Position numbers and translations under genes: made by a program | The notes under the pieces: generated by a model | The model's database searches: none | Seen by the model: the letters and a program-made list of their open reading frames with translations, nothing else | Told to the model about the DNA's origin: nothing | Assembly: GCA_963668625.2 (NCBI GenBank) | Contig: CAXXKA010000001.1 | Span: forward strand, 416,001 to 480,000 | Length of the DNA stretch: 64,000 nt | DNA from: an uncultured candidate division Zixibacteria bacterium | GTDB lineage: Bacteria > Zixibacteria > MSB-5A5 > UBA10806 > 4484-95 | Direction of reading: 5' to 3' | Part shown: positions 18,659 to 28,205 of the stretch, one piece after another | How positions within the stretch are numbered: position 1 is the first letter of the stretch | Layout of the letters: the number at the start of each line of letters is the position of its first letter

Positions 18659-20005
18659 TTAATTGCCGGCCACGATCATCTCCGATATCTTGAAAGTCGG
18701 TGACGATACCGGCCCCATGAACTGAAGGTCATTTCCGATCAAAACTATATTTTTCATCATCTCCAGAATATTGGAGGCGATAGTGATACCCTCGACAGGT
18801 CGTGTTAGTTTACCGTTTTCGATCCACAACCCGGAAGCTCCCTGCGAGTAGTCGCCGGTGGCCATATCGGCGCCGAAACCCATGATGCTGGTGACGTACA
18901 GGCCGTTTTCCACAGAGCCGATAATCTCCTCGGGCGAACTTTCGCCTTTTTCGAGATAGAAATTGAAACCGCCGATTTCCGGCGTGGAGGAGTATCCGCG
19001 CTGAGCGTTACCGGTCGATTTCGTACCGGCTTTTCTGGCGGTGTAGGTATCGTACATATAGCTTACGAGTTTACCGTTTTCTATGATTGCCTTGTTCTGC
19101 GCCGGCATACCCTCGCCATCGAACGGGGAGGAGGCCACCGCTTTCGGTACAAGAGCGTCGTCACGGATGGTTACCGTATCGGAACCGATCTGCTGATTTA
19201 GCTTATCTACCAGGAAGGTGGATTTCTTGTAAACAGCATCACCGTTGACCGCCATTAATATATTCCCCAGTAACGACGCCCCGGTTAACTGATCGAATAT
19301 GATCGGGACGCGCGAGGTTTTGACCGTTTCGGCGTTTAACATCCTGATTACTCTCTCGGCCGCTTTCAAAGCGACATTCTCAGCCGGTTCCAGATCATTA
19401 AAGTGACGGCTCATTGAATACCAGTAATCGGTTTGAAGTTTGCCATCCTGATCGGCAACCGGCATGGCGATCAAGTAGCAATAAGAACTTTTAACCTGTT
19501 TGAAAAGGCCATATGAATTCGCGATATAAATTTCGGAGTTGCCGTCATAAAAAGATGCTCCCTCGGAGTTGGTTATGCGCTTGTCATAATCGAACATTCG
19601 CTTTTCCATCGCCTGGCAGGTTTCGATTTTCATCTTCTGCTCGAGCTTCTCTATCTCAGGATCGTATAATTGCAGATCCTGATCGTTACCGGAATCGCCT
19701 GCCGAGGGTAATCCGTTGTATTCATCACTGGTAGTATATGAGGCCAGCTCGACCGCTTTGGCGGCAAGTTTATTCAGGTTTTCCTCGTTGAAATCCGAGG
19801 AGAATACGAATCCGAGTCGTTTATTTTTAAAGATTCTAATCCCCAGGCCGCTAGAGATCGACTCTTTGAGCGTTTCGATTTCCCCCATGCGGGTGCTCAC
19901 CTGCGATTCGCGTTCGATTTCTAAAAAAACCTCGGCCTCATCGGCGCCTTTACTTTTAGCGGCTGCGATAATATTTTCTATCAATGCCTTATAATCTGCC
20001 ATCAT
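18659..20005 (-). CDS. pmbA: TldE/PmbA family protein
   Basis: GADEAEVF, GLGIRIF, SPFDGEG, STGNAQR, TGDYSQGASGLWIENG...PV..ITIASN; lacks HExxxH. Confidence 0.92.
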   Translation of the reverse strand: MMADYKALIENIIAAAKSKGADEAEVFLEIERESQVSTRMGEIETLKESISSGLGIRIFKNKRLGFVFSSDFNEENLNKLAAKAVELASYTTSDEYNGLPSAGDSGNDQDLQLYDPEIEKLEQKMKIETCQAMEKRMFDYDKRITNSEGASFYDGNSEIYIANSYGLFKQVKSSYCYLIAMPVADQDGKLQTDYWYSMSRHFNDLEPAENVALKAAERVIRMLNAETVKTSRVPIIFDQLTGASLLGNILMAVNGDAVYKKSTFLVDKLNQQIGSDTVTIRDDALVPKAVASSPFDGEGMPAQNKAIIENGKLVSYMYDTYTARKAGTKSTGNAQRGYSSTPEIGGFNFYLEKGESSPEEIIGSVENGLYVTSIMGFGADMATGDYSQGASGLWIENGKLTRPVEGITIASNILEMMKNIVLIGNDLQFMGPVSSPTFKISEMIVAGN

Positions 20006-21495
20006 TATACCTTTCCCTCAACCATACTCATTCCGGGTATTTCAGTGCCGCCTACTGTTATCGATGAAATCTTGCAGGTGGGAGTGCCTACGCCGACCGG
20101 TACCGATTGCCCGTTCTTGCCGCAGGTGCCAACTCCTGAATCGATAGCGAAATCGTTACCTAACATCACGACTTTCTCCAGCACTTTCGGGCCTATCCCG
20201 ATAAGCGATGCGCCTTTAACCGGCGCGGTTATCCGGCCATCCTCGATCAGATAACCCTCGGTAACCTCGAACATGAATTGGCCGTTGGATATATCGACCT
20301 GCCCGCCGCCGAACGATTTGGCATACAGGCCTTTTTTCACCGATTTGATTATATCCTCGGGTGAGGCTTCTCCCGGGGTCATGAAAGTATTGGTCATTCG
20401 GGGCATCGGGTAATGTTTGTACGATTGCCGCCTTCCCGAGCCGGTGGACTGCGTGTCCATTAAGCGGGCATTTAATTTATCGAAAAGATAACCTTTCAGA
20501 ATTCCATTTTCTATGAGAACATTGCGCCGCGAACGCTCGCCCTCATCATCGATGACAATAGTGCCGCGTTTCGTGGGAATTTCGCCATCATCCACCACCG
20601 TGACAAGTTCCGAGGCTACTTTTTGGCCGATTCTACCTGAATATAGCGAGGTCTTTTTACGGTTGAAATCCGCCTCCAGTCCGTGCCCAATTGCCTCATG
20701 GAGGAGTATCCCGGCCCAGCCATTGCCTAAAACCACTTCCATCTGTCCCGCAGGCGCCTCCTTGGCTTTAAGCCTCACCAGGGCCGTCCTGACAGCCTCC
20801 TTCGCGGTTTCCTCGGGGGTGAACGAGTCAAAAAACGAGAAACCTACCCGACCGCCGCCGCCGTGATACCCGGTCTGCCGTTGGTTGCCATCCTCGACAA
20901 TAGCGCTGACATTTATACGGCATAAAGATTCATGATTGTCCATGAAAGCGCCCTCGGAATTGGCAATACGGATATATTTAAGAGAATCGGAAAGGGAGGT
21001 TAACACCTGGATAACCCTTTTATCGGCCTGATAGCCGGTGTTGTTGGCCCTCCAGAGTAAGTCTATTTTCGATTTCAAATCGGCCCGGGTGGGACTGTTT
21101 TCTATTATACCGGGTTGGCCGACATTTTCCGTTTTCACGCCCACCGGTTCGATATTTTCGTTGCTACCGGAACTGGCGATTGCCGAGGCTGTTTCTGCCG
21201 CCCGCTTCAAGTTTTCGAACTCGAAAGAGTCGGAGTAAGCGTAGCCGGTTTTCTCTCCCGAAATTACTCGTATCCCGACTCCTTGCACGATGCCTGCTTG
21301 AGCTTGTTTGAGCTTTTTCTCCTCCAGGTTTATCGCGTTGGTGATGCTATATTGAGCATATATATCCGCGAAATCGCCGCCATGCGCCAGCGCAATATCT
21401 ATCAGTTTATTAACAACTCGTGAATCGAGATGAGAGTTAAAAATATCAGCGGCAGAATCGCTTATAATATAACTATCATTCTGGTTTTGCTTCAT
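20005..21495 (-). CDS. tldD: TldD metalloprotease
   Basis: GGDFADIY, GVGIRVISGEKTGYAYS, LLHEAIGHGLEADFNRK, PMPRMTNTFM, GTCGKNGQSVPVGVGTPT. Confidence 0.95.
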   Translation of the reverse strand: MKQNQNDSYIISDSAADIFNSHLDSRVVNKLIDIALAHGGDFADIYAQYSITNAINLEEKKLKQAQAGIVQGVGIRVISGEKTGYAYSDSFEFENLKRAAETASAIASSGSNENIEPVGVKTENVGQPGIIENSPTRADLKSKIDLLWRANNTGYQADKRVIQVLTSLSDSLKYIRIANSEGAFMDNHESLCRINVSAIVEDGNQRQTGYHGGGGRVGFSFFDSFTPEETAKEAVRTALVRLKAKEAPAGQMEVVLGNGWAGILLHEAIGHGLEADFNRKKTSLYSGRIGQKVASELVTVVDDGEIPTKRGTIVIDDEGERSRRNVLIENGILKGYLFDKLNARLMDTQSTGSGRRQSYKHYPMPRMTNTFMTPGEASPEDIIKSVKKGLYAKSFGGGQVDISNGQFMFEVTEGYLIEDGRITAPVKGASLIGIGPKVLEKVVMLGNDFAIDSGVGTCGKNGQSVPVGVGTPTCKISSITVGGTEIPGMSMVEGKV

Positions 21496-21692
21496 TATTC
21501 ACCGTCTTCATTTAATTTTAACATCCTAAAGTTAATTGTACGTCATTTGTTTAATATATAAACGAATTTTTGTAAATATCGTTTTAAATTTATAAATTTT
21601 TATTTTAGGATCAGCTAATTTTGTAAAGTAGTAATAATCCGATACCGAAGTATATATAGTGATTGAAATTAATCTCTAAAATTCAGGGACAA

Positions 21693-23006
21693 ATGAATAA
21701 AGAATACGTTTTTACGGAACTTGACAAAGTCAAGGATTTGAATACTCCGCCTACAATTCTCAGAGAGATACTCGAGATACTCAACGATCAGGAGGTTTCT
21801 AATAAAGATTTAACTAACCTGATCCTTAAAGATCCTTCCTTGACAGTCAGATTAATTAAAACTGCTAACTCACCTTATTACGGTGTATCCCGTGAGATAA
21901 CCTCGGTAAATCAGGCCGTAATGGTAATCGGGTTGAAAGCAGTGAAATACTATATTTTATCTATTACAGTATTCAATCAAATCAGTTCGAAAAATAAAAC
22001 GAAAGTTCTAAATCAGCAGCAGCTATGGCTTCACTTTCTCGAGGTAGCGGTTTCGGCCCGAAAGATTGCCGAGCATGTTCAGTACGAACAGCCCGAGGAG
22101 GCGTATGTAGCCGGTTTGCTTCACGATATAGGAATCGTGATTCTGGAGAATTGTTTCCCCGAGGCATATCAAAACGTAGTCAGACTGGTTGCTACCGGTA
22201 AAGACCTTATCGAAGCGGAGACCGAAGTTTTCGGAATCGATCATCAGGATGTTGCCGATTATGTCACTCAGAAATGGAATATGCCAAATAGGCTTCGCGA
22301 ACCATTGAGCTCTCATCATTTTAACGATGAAGAGGAGATTAAGGAGCTATCGATTTTGTGCAAAATCATCGGCCTGGCCGATTCGATAGCCCAGGTTCCC
22401 CTCGATGAGCTCAATTCTATCTACAATTCCGAAAAACGCCTGATCACCCTGAATATTCTTTCCGACAACCTGAACATCGAATCCAAATCCTTGATAGATA
22501 TCCACATGAGACTCGCAGGTGAGGTAGTCAATTCAGCCTCGATCATGGATCTCGATATGGGTGACGCTATCGAGATACTTACCCAGAGCAATACCAAACT
22601 TTTCAATATCTATCTCGAGTTAGCTTCGCTATTCAAACAGAGACAGGAACTTTCACGGAAAATTATCGTGGAGCAACGTACCGAGGGTTTGCTGGAGTCG
22701 CTTCGAATTTCACTGGCTACGCTTTCTCATTATTTGAACAACGCGGTCATGAATATACAGGGCAAATGTGAGTTGATGAATATGTTCTACGAGAAGCAGG
22801 ATTTGAAAATGCTTCTGGGCCAGATGCCCAACCATCTGGAATCGATGCTGAAATCGGCCAAGAAAATCACGCTCATGCTAGAGGAGTTATCGGAGATATC
22901 CTCCCTGGATAATCTTCAATTTTTCAGCCACTCCAAGGGTATCGATATAGAAAAGAGTTTGAAAGAGAAACTCGCCCAGCAGTTCGAGACCGTGGAAAAA
23001 AGCTAA
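21693..23006 (+). CDS. HDOD-domain signalling protein with a C-terminal HisKA-like helix pair
   Basis: ILKDPSLTVRLIKTANSPYYG, AYVAGLLHDIG, FGIDHQDV...WNMP; C-terminal ATLSHYLNNAVMNIQG. The ATG at 21693 was chosen over the upstream TTG. Confidence 0.8.
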   Translation: MNKEYVFTELDKVKDLNTPPTILREILEILNDQEVSNKDLTNLILKDPSLTVRLIKTANSPYYGVSREITSVNQAVMVIGLKAVKYYILSITVFNQISSKNKTKVLNQQQLWLHFLEVAVSARKIAEHVQYEQPEEAYVAGLLHDIGIVILENCFPEAYQNVVRLVATGKDLIEAETEVFGIDHQDVADYVTQKWNMPNRLREPLSSHHFNDEEEIKELSILCKIIGLADSIAQVPLDELNSIYNSEKRLITLNILSDNLNIESKSLIDIHMRLAGEVVNSASIMDLDMGDAIEILTQSNTKLFNIYLELASLFKQRQELSRKIIVEQRTEGLLESLRISLATLSHYLNNAVMNIQGKCELMNMFYEKQDLKMLLGQMPNHLESMLKSAKKITLMLEELSEISSLDNLQFFSHSKGIDIEKSLKEKLAQQFETVEKS

Positions 23007-23011
23007 AAAAA

Positions 23012-23038
23012 TCGTTACGAAGCGAACCTCGTAACGAT
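23012..23038. repeat. REP-like palindrome (CGTTACGAAGC...CTTCGTAACGA family)
   Basis: TCGTTACGAAGCGAACCTCGTAACGAT; related to 51824-51851. Confidence 0.6.
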
Positions 23039-23046
23039 TCTATATC

Positions 23047-23071
23047 AAGCGGCGGAAATGCCGTTTTTTTT
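23047..23071 (+). terminator. Probable terminator between convergent genes
   Basis: AAGCGGC-ggaaat-GCCGTTTTTTTT. Confidence 0.55.
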
Positions 23072-23089
23072 ATTGGCGGTTCTAATAAC

Positions 23090-23866
23090 CTAATTTGCGG
23101 CTGACTTACTTTCCACTGTAACCGATATCGGTATAGAGAAACGCGAATGGCTTTTATTGCTATCCTCGAGTGTTATCGAGGATAAATACTCGCCCGGCTC
23201 GATATCTTTTGATAAAGTGAAAAGCAGGTTTGTTTTTTCGCCGGCCGCCAGTTCATTTTTCTCGAGTTTGGCTTTAATGAACGATCCAGACGGTAAATCG
23301 ACTATATCAAGTTTCGAGGCCGTAGCGTCTTTGTTGGTGATGGAGATTTTGAATGTCTCAACGCTACCCTCGGGGATAGCTTTGAAATCGGCCGCGAACG
23401 GGATATAATCGAACATCAATTGAGGATCATTTATTACTGATTTAAACCTGATATCCATATAAGGATTGAGCTTGTCGTTTGTCTCCAGTTTGATAGACTT
23501 GGTCACCTTACCGTTGAATTTACCCGAGTTAAAAATAATATCTATCGAGGCTCTTTCGCCGGGGGGGGCTACGATGCCGCCTTTTTTTGTCGAGGTGCAA
23601 CCGCAAGTCGGTTTGATTTTGGTGATAATTAGCGTATCGCTGCCGGTATTGTTGAACCAGTACGAATGCGCGACACTGGCGCCTTTGTTAAGCGCTCCGA
23701 AATTGAATGTAGTATGATCGAATTCGATTCGAGCGTTTTCGGAAAGAGGCACCTCTCGAAATTCGTATTCCTCATCATCCGGATTGATTTCTACCTGGGC
23801 GATACCCGTATTAACGAACAGGAACCCTAATAACGATGCGATGAAAAGCCATTTGCAGTATTTCAT
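23090..23866 (-). CDS. DUF1573-domain secreted Ig-like protein
   Basis: Signal peptide; FNFG.L..G....HSY.F.NTG...L.I..IKPTCGCT, I.FNSG.F.G...KSI...TND. Confidence 0.85.
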   Translation of the reverse strand: MKYCKWLFIASLLGFLFVNTGIAQVEINPDDEEYEFREVPLSENARIEFDHTTFNFGALNKGASVAHSYWFNNTGSDTLIITKIKPTCGCTSTKKGGIVAPPGERASIDIIFNSGKFNGKVTKSIKLETNDKLNPYMDIRFKSVINDPQLMFDYIPFAADFKAIPEGSVETFKISITNKDATASKLDIVDLPSGSFIKAKLEKNELAAGEKTNLLFTLSKDIEPGEYLSSITLEDSNKSHSRFSIPISVTVESKSAAN

Positions 23867-23934
23867 AAGATGATCTCCTTTTTATTAAAATAGATGGATC
23901 AATATAAAAGTCAAGACCATTTTCGTAGTGGAAT

Positions 23935-24921
23935 TTACAGGTAGCCTTTTGCCTGCATCCAGCTATCGTTATACATCTTGGAAAGATAGCGATTGCCGGA
24001 GTCGGCGAATATGACGACTACATTGCCGGTCAGGTTATGTTTATTTATAGCATCGACTGCGCCGGCGTATACCGCGCCGCTGGAGCCGCCGCAGAAAATC
24101 CCCTCGGTTTTCGCGATCGACCGGGCGGTTAAAAACGCCTGTCTGTCCGGCACGATAATCATATCATCGATGACGGAGAAATCCAATGCCTTAACGAGCT
24201 TATCACTGCCGATTCCCTCGACCTCGTAATGCTCGGCCTTTTTTACCTCACCGGTATTGAAATAATGAGTCAGTATCGATCCCTCGGAGTCAATCGCTAT
24301 GATCTTGATCGATGGATTACGTTCTTTCAGATAGCGTCCGATGCCGGAAACCGTGCCGCCCGTACCGGCGCCGATCACGACCGCCTCGAGATCGCCGTCA
24401 AGTTGCTCCCAGATCTCCGGGCCGCTCGAATTGTAATGGCAATCGATATTTGCGGGATTGTCGTACTGATTCAAATATATGCTGTCGGGGATCTCCTCCG
24501 ATAGTTTCTGAGCCACCGAGTAATTCGAGCGGGGATCATCCGCCTGGACCGTGTGAGGGGTAAGCACGAGTTCGGCTCCATGAAGCCTCATCATGTTTTG
24601 TTTCTCCTCGGAATTTTTATCGCTCATTACGAGCACGGCGCGATAGCCTTTGATCGCGCATATCATAGCCACCGCCACTCCGGTATTGCCGGAGGTCACC
24701 TCGATAACCGTTCCACCCGGTCTAAGTCGTCCCGAACGTTCGGCATCCTCGATAAGTCCAAGCGCCAGGCGGTCTTTTATCGAACCGGAGGGATTATACA
24801 TCTCCAGCTTGGCGAATATGTTGGCCGGGATATCCCGAGCCAGTTTCTTGATCTGAGTTAAAGGCGTTTTACCGATTAATCTTAGGATATCGGTACCTGT
24901 AGTTACTCTGGTTGTTTGCAT
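23935..24921 (-). CDS. PLP-dependent cystathionine beta-synthase / cysteine synthase family protein
   Basis: IGKTPL, AKLEMYNPSGSIKDR, TSGNTG, GAGTGGT, YEVEGIG, DSGNRYLSKMYNDSW. Confidence 0.9.
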   Translation of the reverse strand: MQTTRVTTGTDILRLIGKTPLTQIKKLARDIPANIFAKLEMYNPSGSIKDRLALGLIEDAERSGRLRPGGTVIEVTSGNTGVAVAMICAIKGYRAVLVMSDKNSEEKQNMMRLHGAELVLTPHTVQADDPRSNYSVAQKLSEEIPDSIYLNQYDNPANIDCHYNSSGPEIWEQLDGDLEAVVIGAGTGGTVSGIGRYLKERNPSIKIIAIDSEGSILTHYFNTGEVKKAEHYEVEGIGSDKLVKALDFSVIDDMIIVPDRQAFLTARSIAKTEGIFCGGSSGAVYAGAVDAINKHNLTGNVVVIFADSGNRYLSKMYNDSWMQAKGYL

Positions 24922-24946
24922 TATTTTTTATTACTTCGTTTCTTGC

Positions 24947-25648
24947 TTAAAGTTCCATTCGTTGTTTAATTCGAGCGCGAGATCGATAGATTTTCCCGGA
25001 CAGATATATAAATGGCGTATCCAAAACCGCGATTGCCCATTTAAAAAGGTAAGTAGTGATGGCAATCTCGATGAAGACATCCAGAGGAAACACTCCCCAG
25101 AACGCTATCGAGCAGAAGATCGCCGTATCGATTAGCTGCGAGATCATGGTCGTGGCGTTGTTTCTCAGCCAGAGGTATCTGCCTTTTGTCTTATTTTTTA
25201 TCAGGTTGTATAACCAAACATCGTGAAGTTGGCTCACGGCATAAGCTATTATGCTGGCTATCGCGACCCGGGGCAGGAAGCTGAAAATCTGCTGAAGCGC
25301 GGGGTGGATGAAATCATCCCCGGCCGGTTGAAACAACAACGCCAATTGCATGATGACCGTGGTAAATATCAGGGCATAGAAACCTATCCAGACACCTCTT
25401 TGAGCTTCCTTTTTTCCATAAACCTCGTTGAGTATATCGGTCGCCAGGAATATAGAACCATAGAGGGCGTTGCCCAGGGTGGCGGTCAGGCCGAACATCT
25501 CCACGATTTTCAATACCTGTATATTGCATAATATGATAGAGATGACGATGACGGCATACAGTCCGACTCGCCCGAACAGGCGATAGGCTATTAACAGCGA
25601 TCCGAAATCGATTAATGTCAGGATCAGCCAGAGCAATTCATTCGGCAT
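24947..25648 (-). CDS. yhhQ: Queuosine precursor transporter (YhhQ/Vut_1)
   Basis: FLATDILNEVYGKKEA, ASIIAYAVSQLHDV, LWLRNNATTMISQLIDT, DTPFIY; RBS GGAAGGA before ATG 25648. Confidence 0.88.
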   Translation of the reverse strand: MPNELLWLILTLIDFGSLLIAYRLFGRVGLYAVIVISIILCNIQVLKIVEMFGLTATLGNALYGSIFLATDILNEVYGKKEAQRGVWIGFYALIFTTVIMQLALLFQPAGDDFIHPALQQIFSFLPRVAIASIIAYAVSQLHDVWLYNLIKNKTKGRYLWLRNNATTMISQLIDTAIFCSIAFWGVFPLDVFIEIAITTYLFKWAIAVLDTPFIYLSGKIYRSRARIKQRMEL

Positions 25649-25864
25649 ACTAATTTCCTTCCTGCCCTTGAAATAGTTGGAAATTATTCGACAGTCAACC
25701 AATTATTTCAGAATACATTAAATTAGTTAAAACTGGCATTTTTCCCAAACTTCAGCCACAACAGGTTGGTTGATATCTATGGTCAATATGATCTCTTTAT
25801 AAAAAACGCTTGCAATAGTACAGGCATACGCTATAATTACTATTTTTAAGCGTGGAGGTGGAGA

Positions 25865-27145
25865 ATGAAGGTTCTAGTTATTGGGGGTGGCGGAAGAGAA
25901 CATGCTATATGTTGGAAATTATCCAAATCCGAAAAGGTTACGAAAATATATGCAGCTCCGGGCAACGGCGGTATCAGCCGGATAGCCGAATGCGTTGATA
26001 TTGCTGTTGATAATCTGAAAGAACTGGCGCTTTTTGCCGAAAGCAACGCCGTCGATCTGACCGTGGTCGGGCCCGAGTTACCCTTAACCCTGGGTATTGT
26101 CGATGAGTTCGAAAGCCGTGGGTTGAAAATATTCGGCCCCTCTCGCGAGGCTTCGATGATTGAGGGTAGTAAAGCTTTCGCCAAGCAGTTCATGCAGAAA
26201 CATCATATACCTACAGGTAGTTTCAGGATATTTTCCGAGCATTTCGAGGCCCTCGATTTTATTAATTCAGCCAGTTATCCTCTGGTATTAAAAGCGGATG
26301 GTTTGGCGGCCGGTAAAGGCGCGGTGATTTGCGAGAATGCGGATCAGGCAGCCGATACCGTTGAGAAAATCATGGTACAGAAAGTATTTGGTAGCGCCGG
26401 TTTGAAACTCGTTGTCGAGGAGTTCCTCGAGGGCGAGGAGGTCACCGTGATGGCGTTCACCGATGGCAAGAATATCGTGCCGATGTTGCCTTCGCAGGAT
26501 CATAAGCAGGCCAAAGAAGGCGGCAAGGGTTTAAATACCGGTGGTATGGGAGCCTACGCTCCAACCGGTATTGTAGGCCAGCAGATACGCCAGAAAGTTT
26601 ACGAGCAGGTTCTGGAGCCGACTATCCGTGGATTGGCCGCCGAGAACCGTACTTACAAAGGCGTCCTATATTGCGGTTTAATGGTAACTCAACGAGGACT
26701 GAAAGTGCTGGAGTATAACTGCCGTTTCGGCGATCCCGAGACTCAGGTCGTGTTGCCGTTGCTGGACTCCGATCTGGCGGAGGTATTTTTGAATATCGCT
26801 GATGGCTACATACATACCGATGAGGTCAAGTGGTCGGAGAAATCGGCGGTTACCGTGGTTATGGCCTCGAACGGTTATCCCGGAAATTACGAATCGGGCA
26901 AAGTTATCAAAGGGCTGGACAAAATCAGGGAATCGGATGGCGTGGTATTTCACGCTGGAACCGTATTCGAGGATGGCCAGTTTAAATCAAGCGGTGGTCG
27001 GGTTTTAAGCGCCACGGCTTTCGGTGATGGTGTCAAGGATGCTATCGGCAATGCCTACAGGCTGGTGAATAAGATTCAATTCGAAAACGCGTACTGGCGC
27101 ACCGATATCGGTTGGCGTTCGCAAAATAGAGTGAGAATGATGTAA
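25865..27145 (+). CDS. purD: Phosphoribosylamine-glycine ligase
   Basis: MKVLVIGGGGREHAI, APGNGG, VVGPE.PL, EGSKAFAK, KADGLAAGKG, NTGGMGAYAP, EYNCRFGDPETQ. Confidence 0.97.
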   Translation: MKVLVIGGGGREHAICWKLSKSEKVTKIYAAPGNGGISRIAECVDIAVDNLKELALFAESNAVDLTVVGPELPLTLGIVDEFESRGLKIFGPSREASMIEGSKAFAKQFMQKHHIPTGSFRIFSEHFEALDFINSASYPLVLKADGLAAGKGAVICENADQAADTVEKIMVQKVFGSAGLKLVVEEFLEGEEVTVMAFTDGKNIVPMLPSQDHKQAKEGGKGLNTGGMGAYAPTGIVGQQIRQKVYEQVLEPTIRGLAAENRTYKGVLYCGLMVTQRGLKVLEYNCRFGDPETQVVLPLLDSDLAEVFLNIADGYIHTDEVKWSEKSAVTVVMASNGYPGNYESGKVIKGLDKIRESDGVVFHAGTVFEDGQFKSSGGRVLSATAFGDGVKDAIGNAYRLVNKIQFENAYWRTDIGWRSQNRVRMM

Positions 27146-27612
27146 TGGCTGATAATAAAAAAGTGCTGGTAGTGCTGGGCAGTAAATCGGATGCCGATGA
27201 TATGGAGGGCTGCTTGAAGCTTCTGGATAAATTCGGTATTGGTTACGATTACCAGATAAGCTCAGCTCATCGCAACCCGGAACGTACTCGCGAGATTTCG
27301 GAAAACGCTTCGGTAAATGGTATCAAGGTGATAATAGCCGCCGCCGGCATGGCAGCCGCGCTGCCCGGAGTGGTGGCATCCCATACGGAATTACCCGTAA
27401 TCGGCGTACCGATGAAAGGCTCGGCGCTCAACGGTGTGGATGCCTTATATGCTATAGTCCAGATGCCCGCCGGAGTACCTGTTGCCTCGATGGCCATCGG
27501 CAGCCATGGCGCTAAAAACGCCGCTGTATTCGCCGCCCGGATAATCGCTTTGAGCGATGACGCTGTGGCATCAAAGCTGAAAGAGTATTACCAGGAGTTA
27601 GCAAGAGGATAA
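27145..27612 (+). CDS. purE: N5-CAIR mutase
   Basis: GSKSD, SAHRNP, IAAAGMAAALPGVVAS, PVIGVP, VQMPAGVPVA. Confidence 0.96.
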   Translation: MADNKKVLVVLGSKSDADDMEGCLKLLDKFGIGYDYQISSAHRNPERTREISENASVNGIKVIIAAAGMAAALPGVVASHTELPVIGVPMKGSALNGVDALYAIVQMPAGVPVASMAIGSHGAKNAAVFAARIIALSDDAVASKLKEYYQELARG

Positions 27613-27615
27613 ACT

Positions 27616-28170
27616 ATGGTAGTGATCGCCCTGTTTTTATTCGCCCTATTCATCCTGCCCGTAATCTTTATCATTTTTATTTATAACCGAATGGTTGTTT
27701 TAAAAAACGAGGTGGATGAGAAATTCAGCCAGATCGATGTTATGTTATCCAAGCGAGCCGACCTGGTGCCTAACCTGGTGGAAACAGTTAAAGGCTACGC
27801 TAAACATGAAAAATCGGTGCTGGAAAATGTCACCGCCTCGCGCGCCTCGGTGATGAATGCCCGGGGTTCCGCCGATAAATTGAAAGCTTCGGAGGGACTT
27901 GCCGGAGCTTTAAGCTCGCTTTTCGCGGTAGTGGAAAATTACCCGGAGTTGAAAGCCGACAGTAATTTCCGTCAACTACAGGGCGAACTGGCCGGTATCG
28001 AAAACGAGATAGCGCAAATGCGCATGGTTTATAATGATTCGGTGAAGGCATATAATACACTGCAGGAGACTTTCCCGGCAAATATGTTTGCGAAATCTTT
28101 CGGACACTCATCCAGGGCGTACTACGATATCGCTCCGGAAAGCAAGGAACCGCCAAAAGTATCCTTCTGA
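27616..28170 (+). CDS. lemA: LemA family protein
   Basis: N-terminal TM, YNRMV...IDV.L.KRADLVPNLVETVKGYAKHE, ENYPELKAD.NF. Confidence 0.93.
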   Translation: MVVIALFLFALFILPVIFIIFIYNRMVVLKNEVDEKFSQIDVMLSKRADLVPNLVETVKGYAKHEKSVLENVTASRASVMNARGSADKLKASEGLAGALSSLFAVVENYPELKADSNFRQLQGELAGIENEIAQMRMVYNDSVKAYNTLQETFPANMFAKSFGHSSRAYYDIAPESKEPPKVSF

Positions 28171-28205
28171 TAAAATAATACTTCAAACAAGCGAGGGGTT
28201 GCTCA

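Noticed and set aside
18659-21495. RiPP biosynthetic cluster built around TldD/TldE
   Set aside because: No precursor peptide, YcaO, radical SAM enzyme or exporter nearby; it looks like the housekeeping pair.
25650-25810. preQ1 riboswitch upstream of the queuosine transporter
   Set aside because: No preQ1-I stem-loop with A-rich tail on the minus strand; the ATAAAAAAC tract at ~25798 is on the wrong strand.
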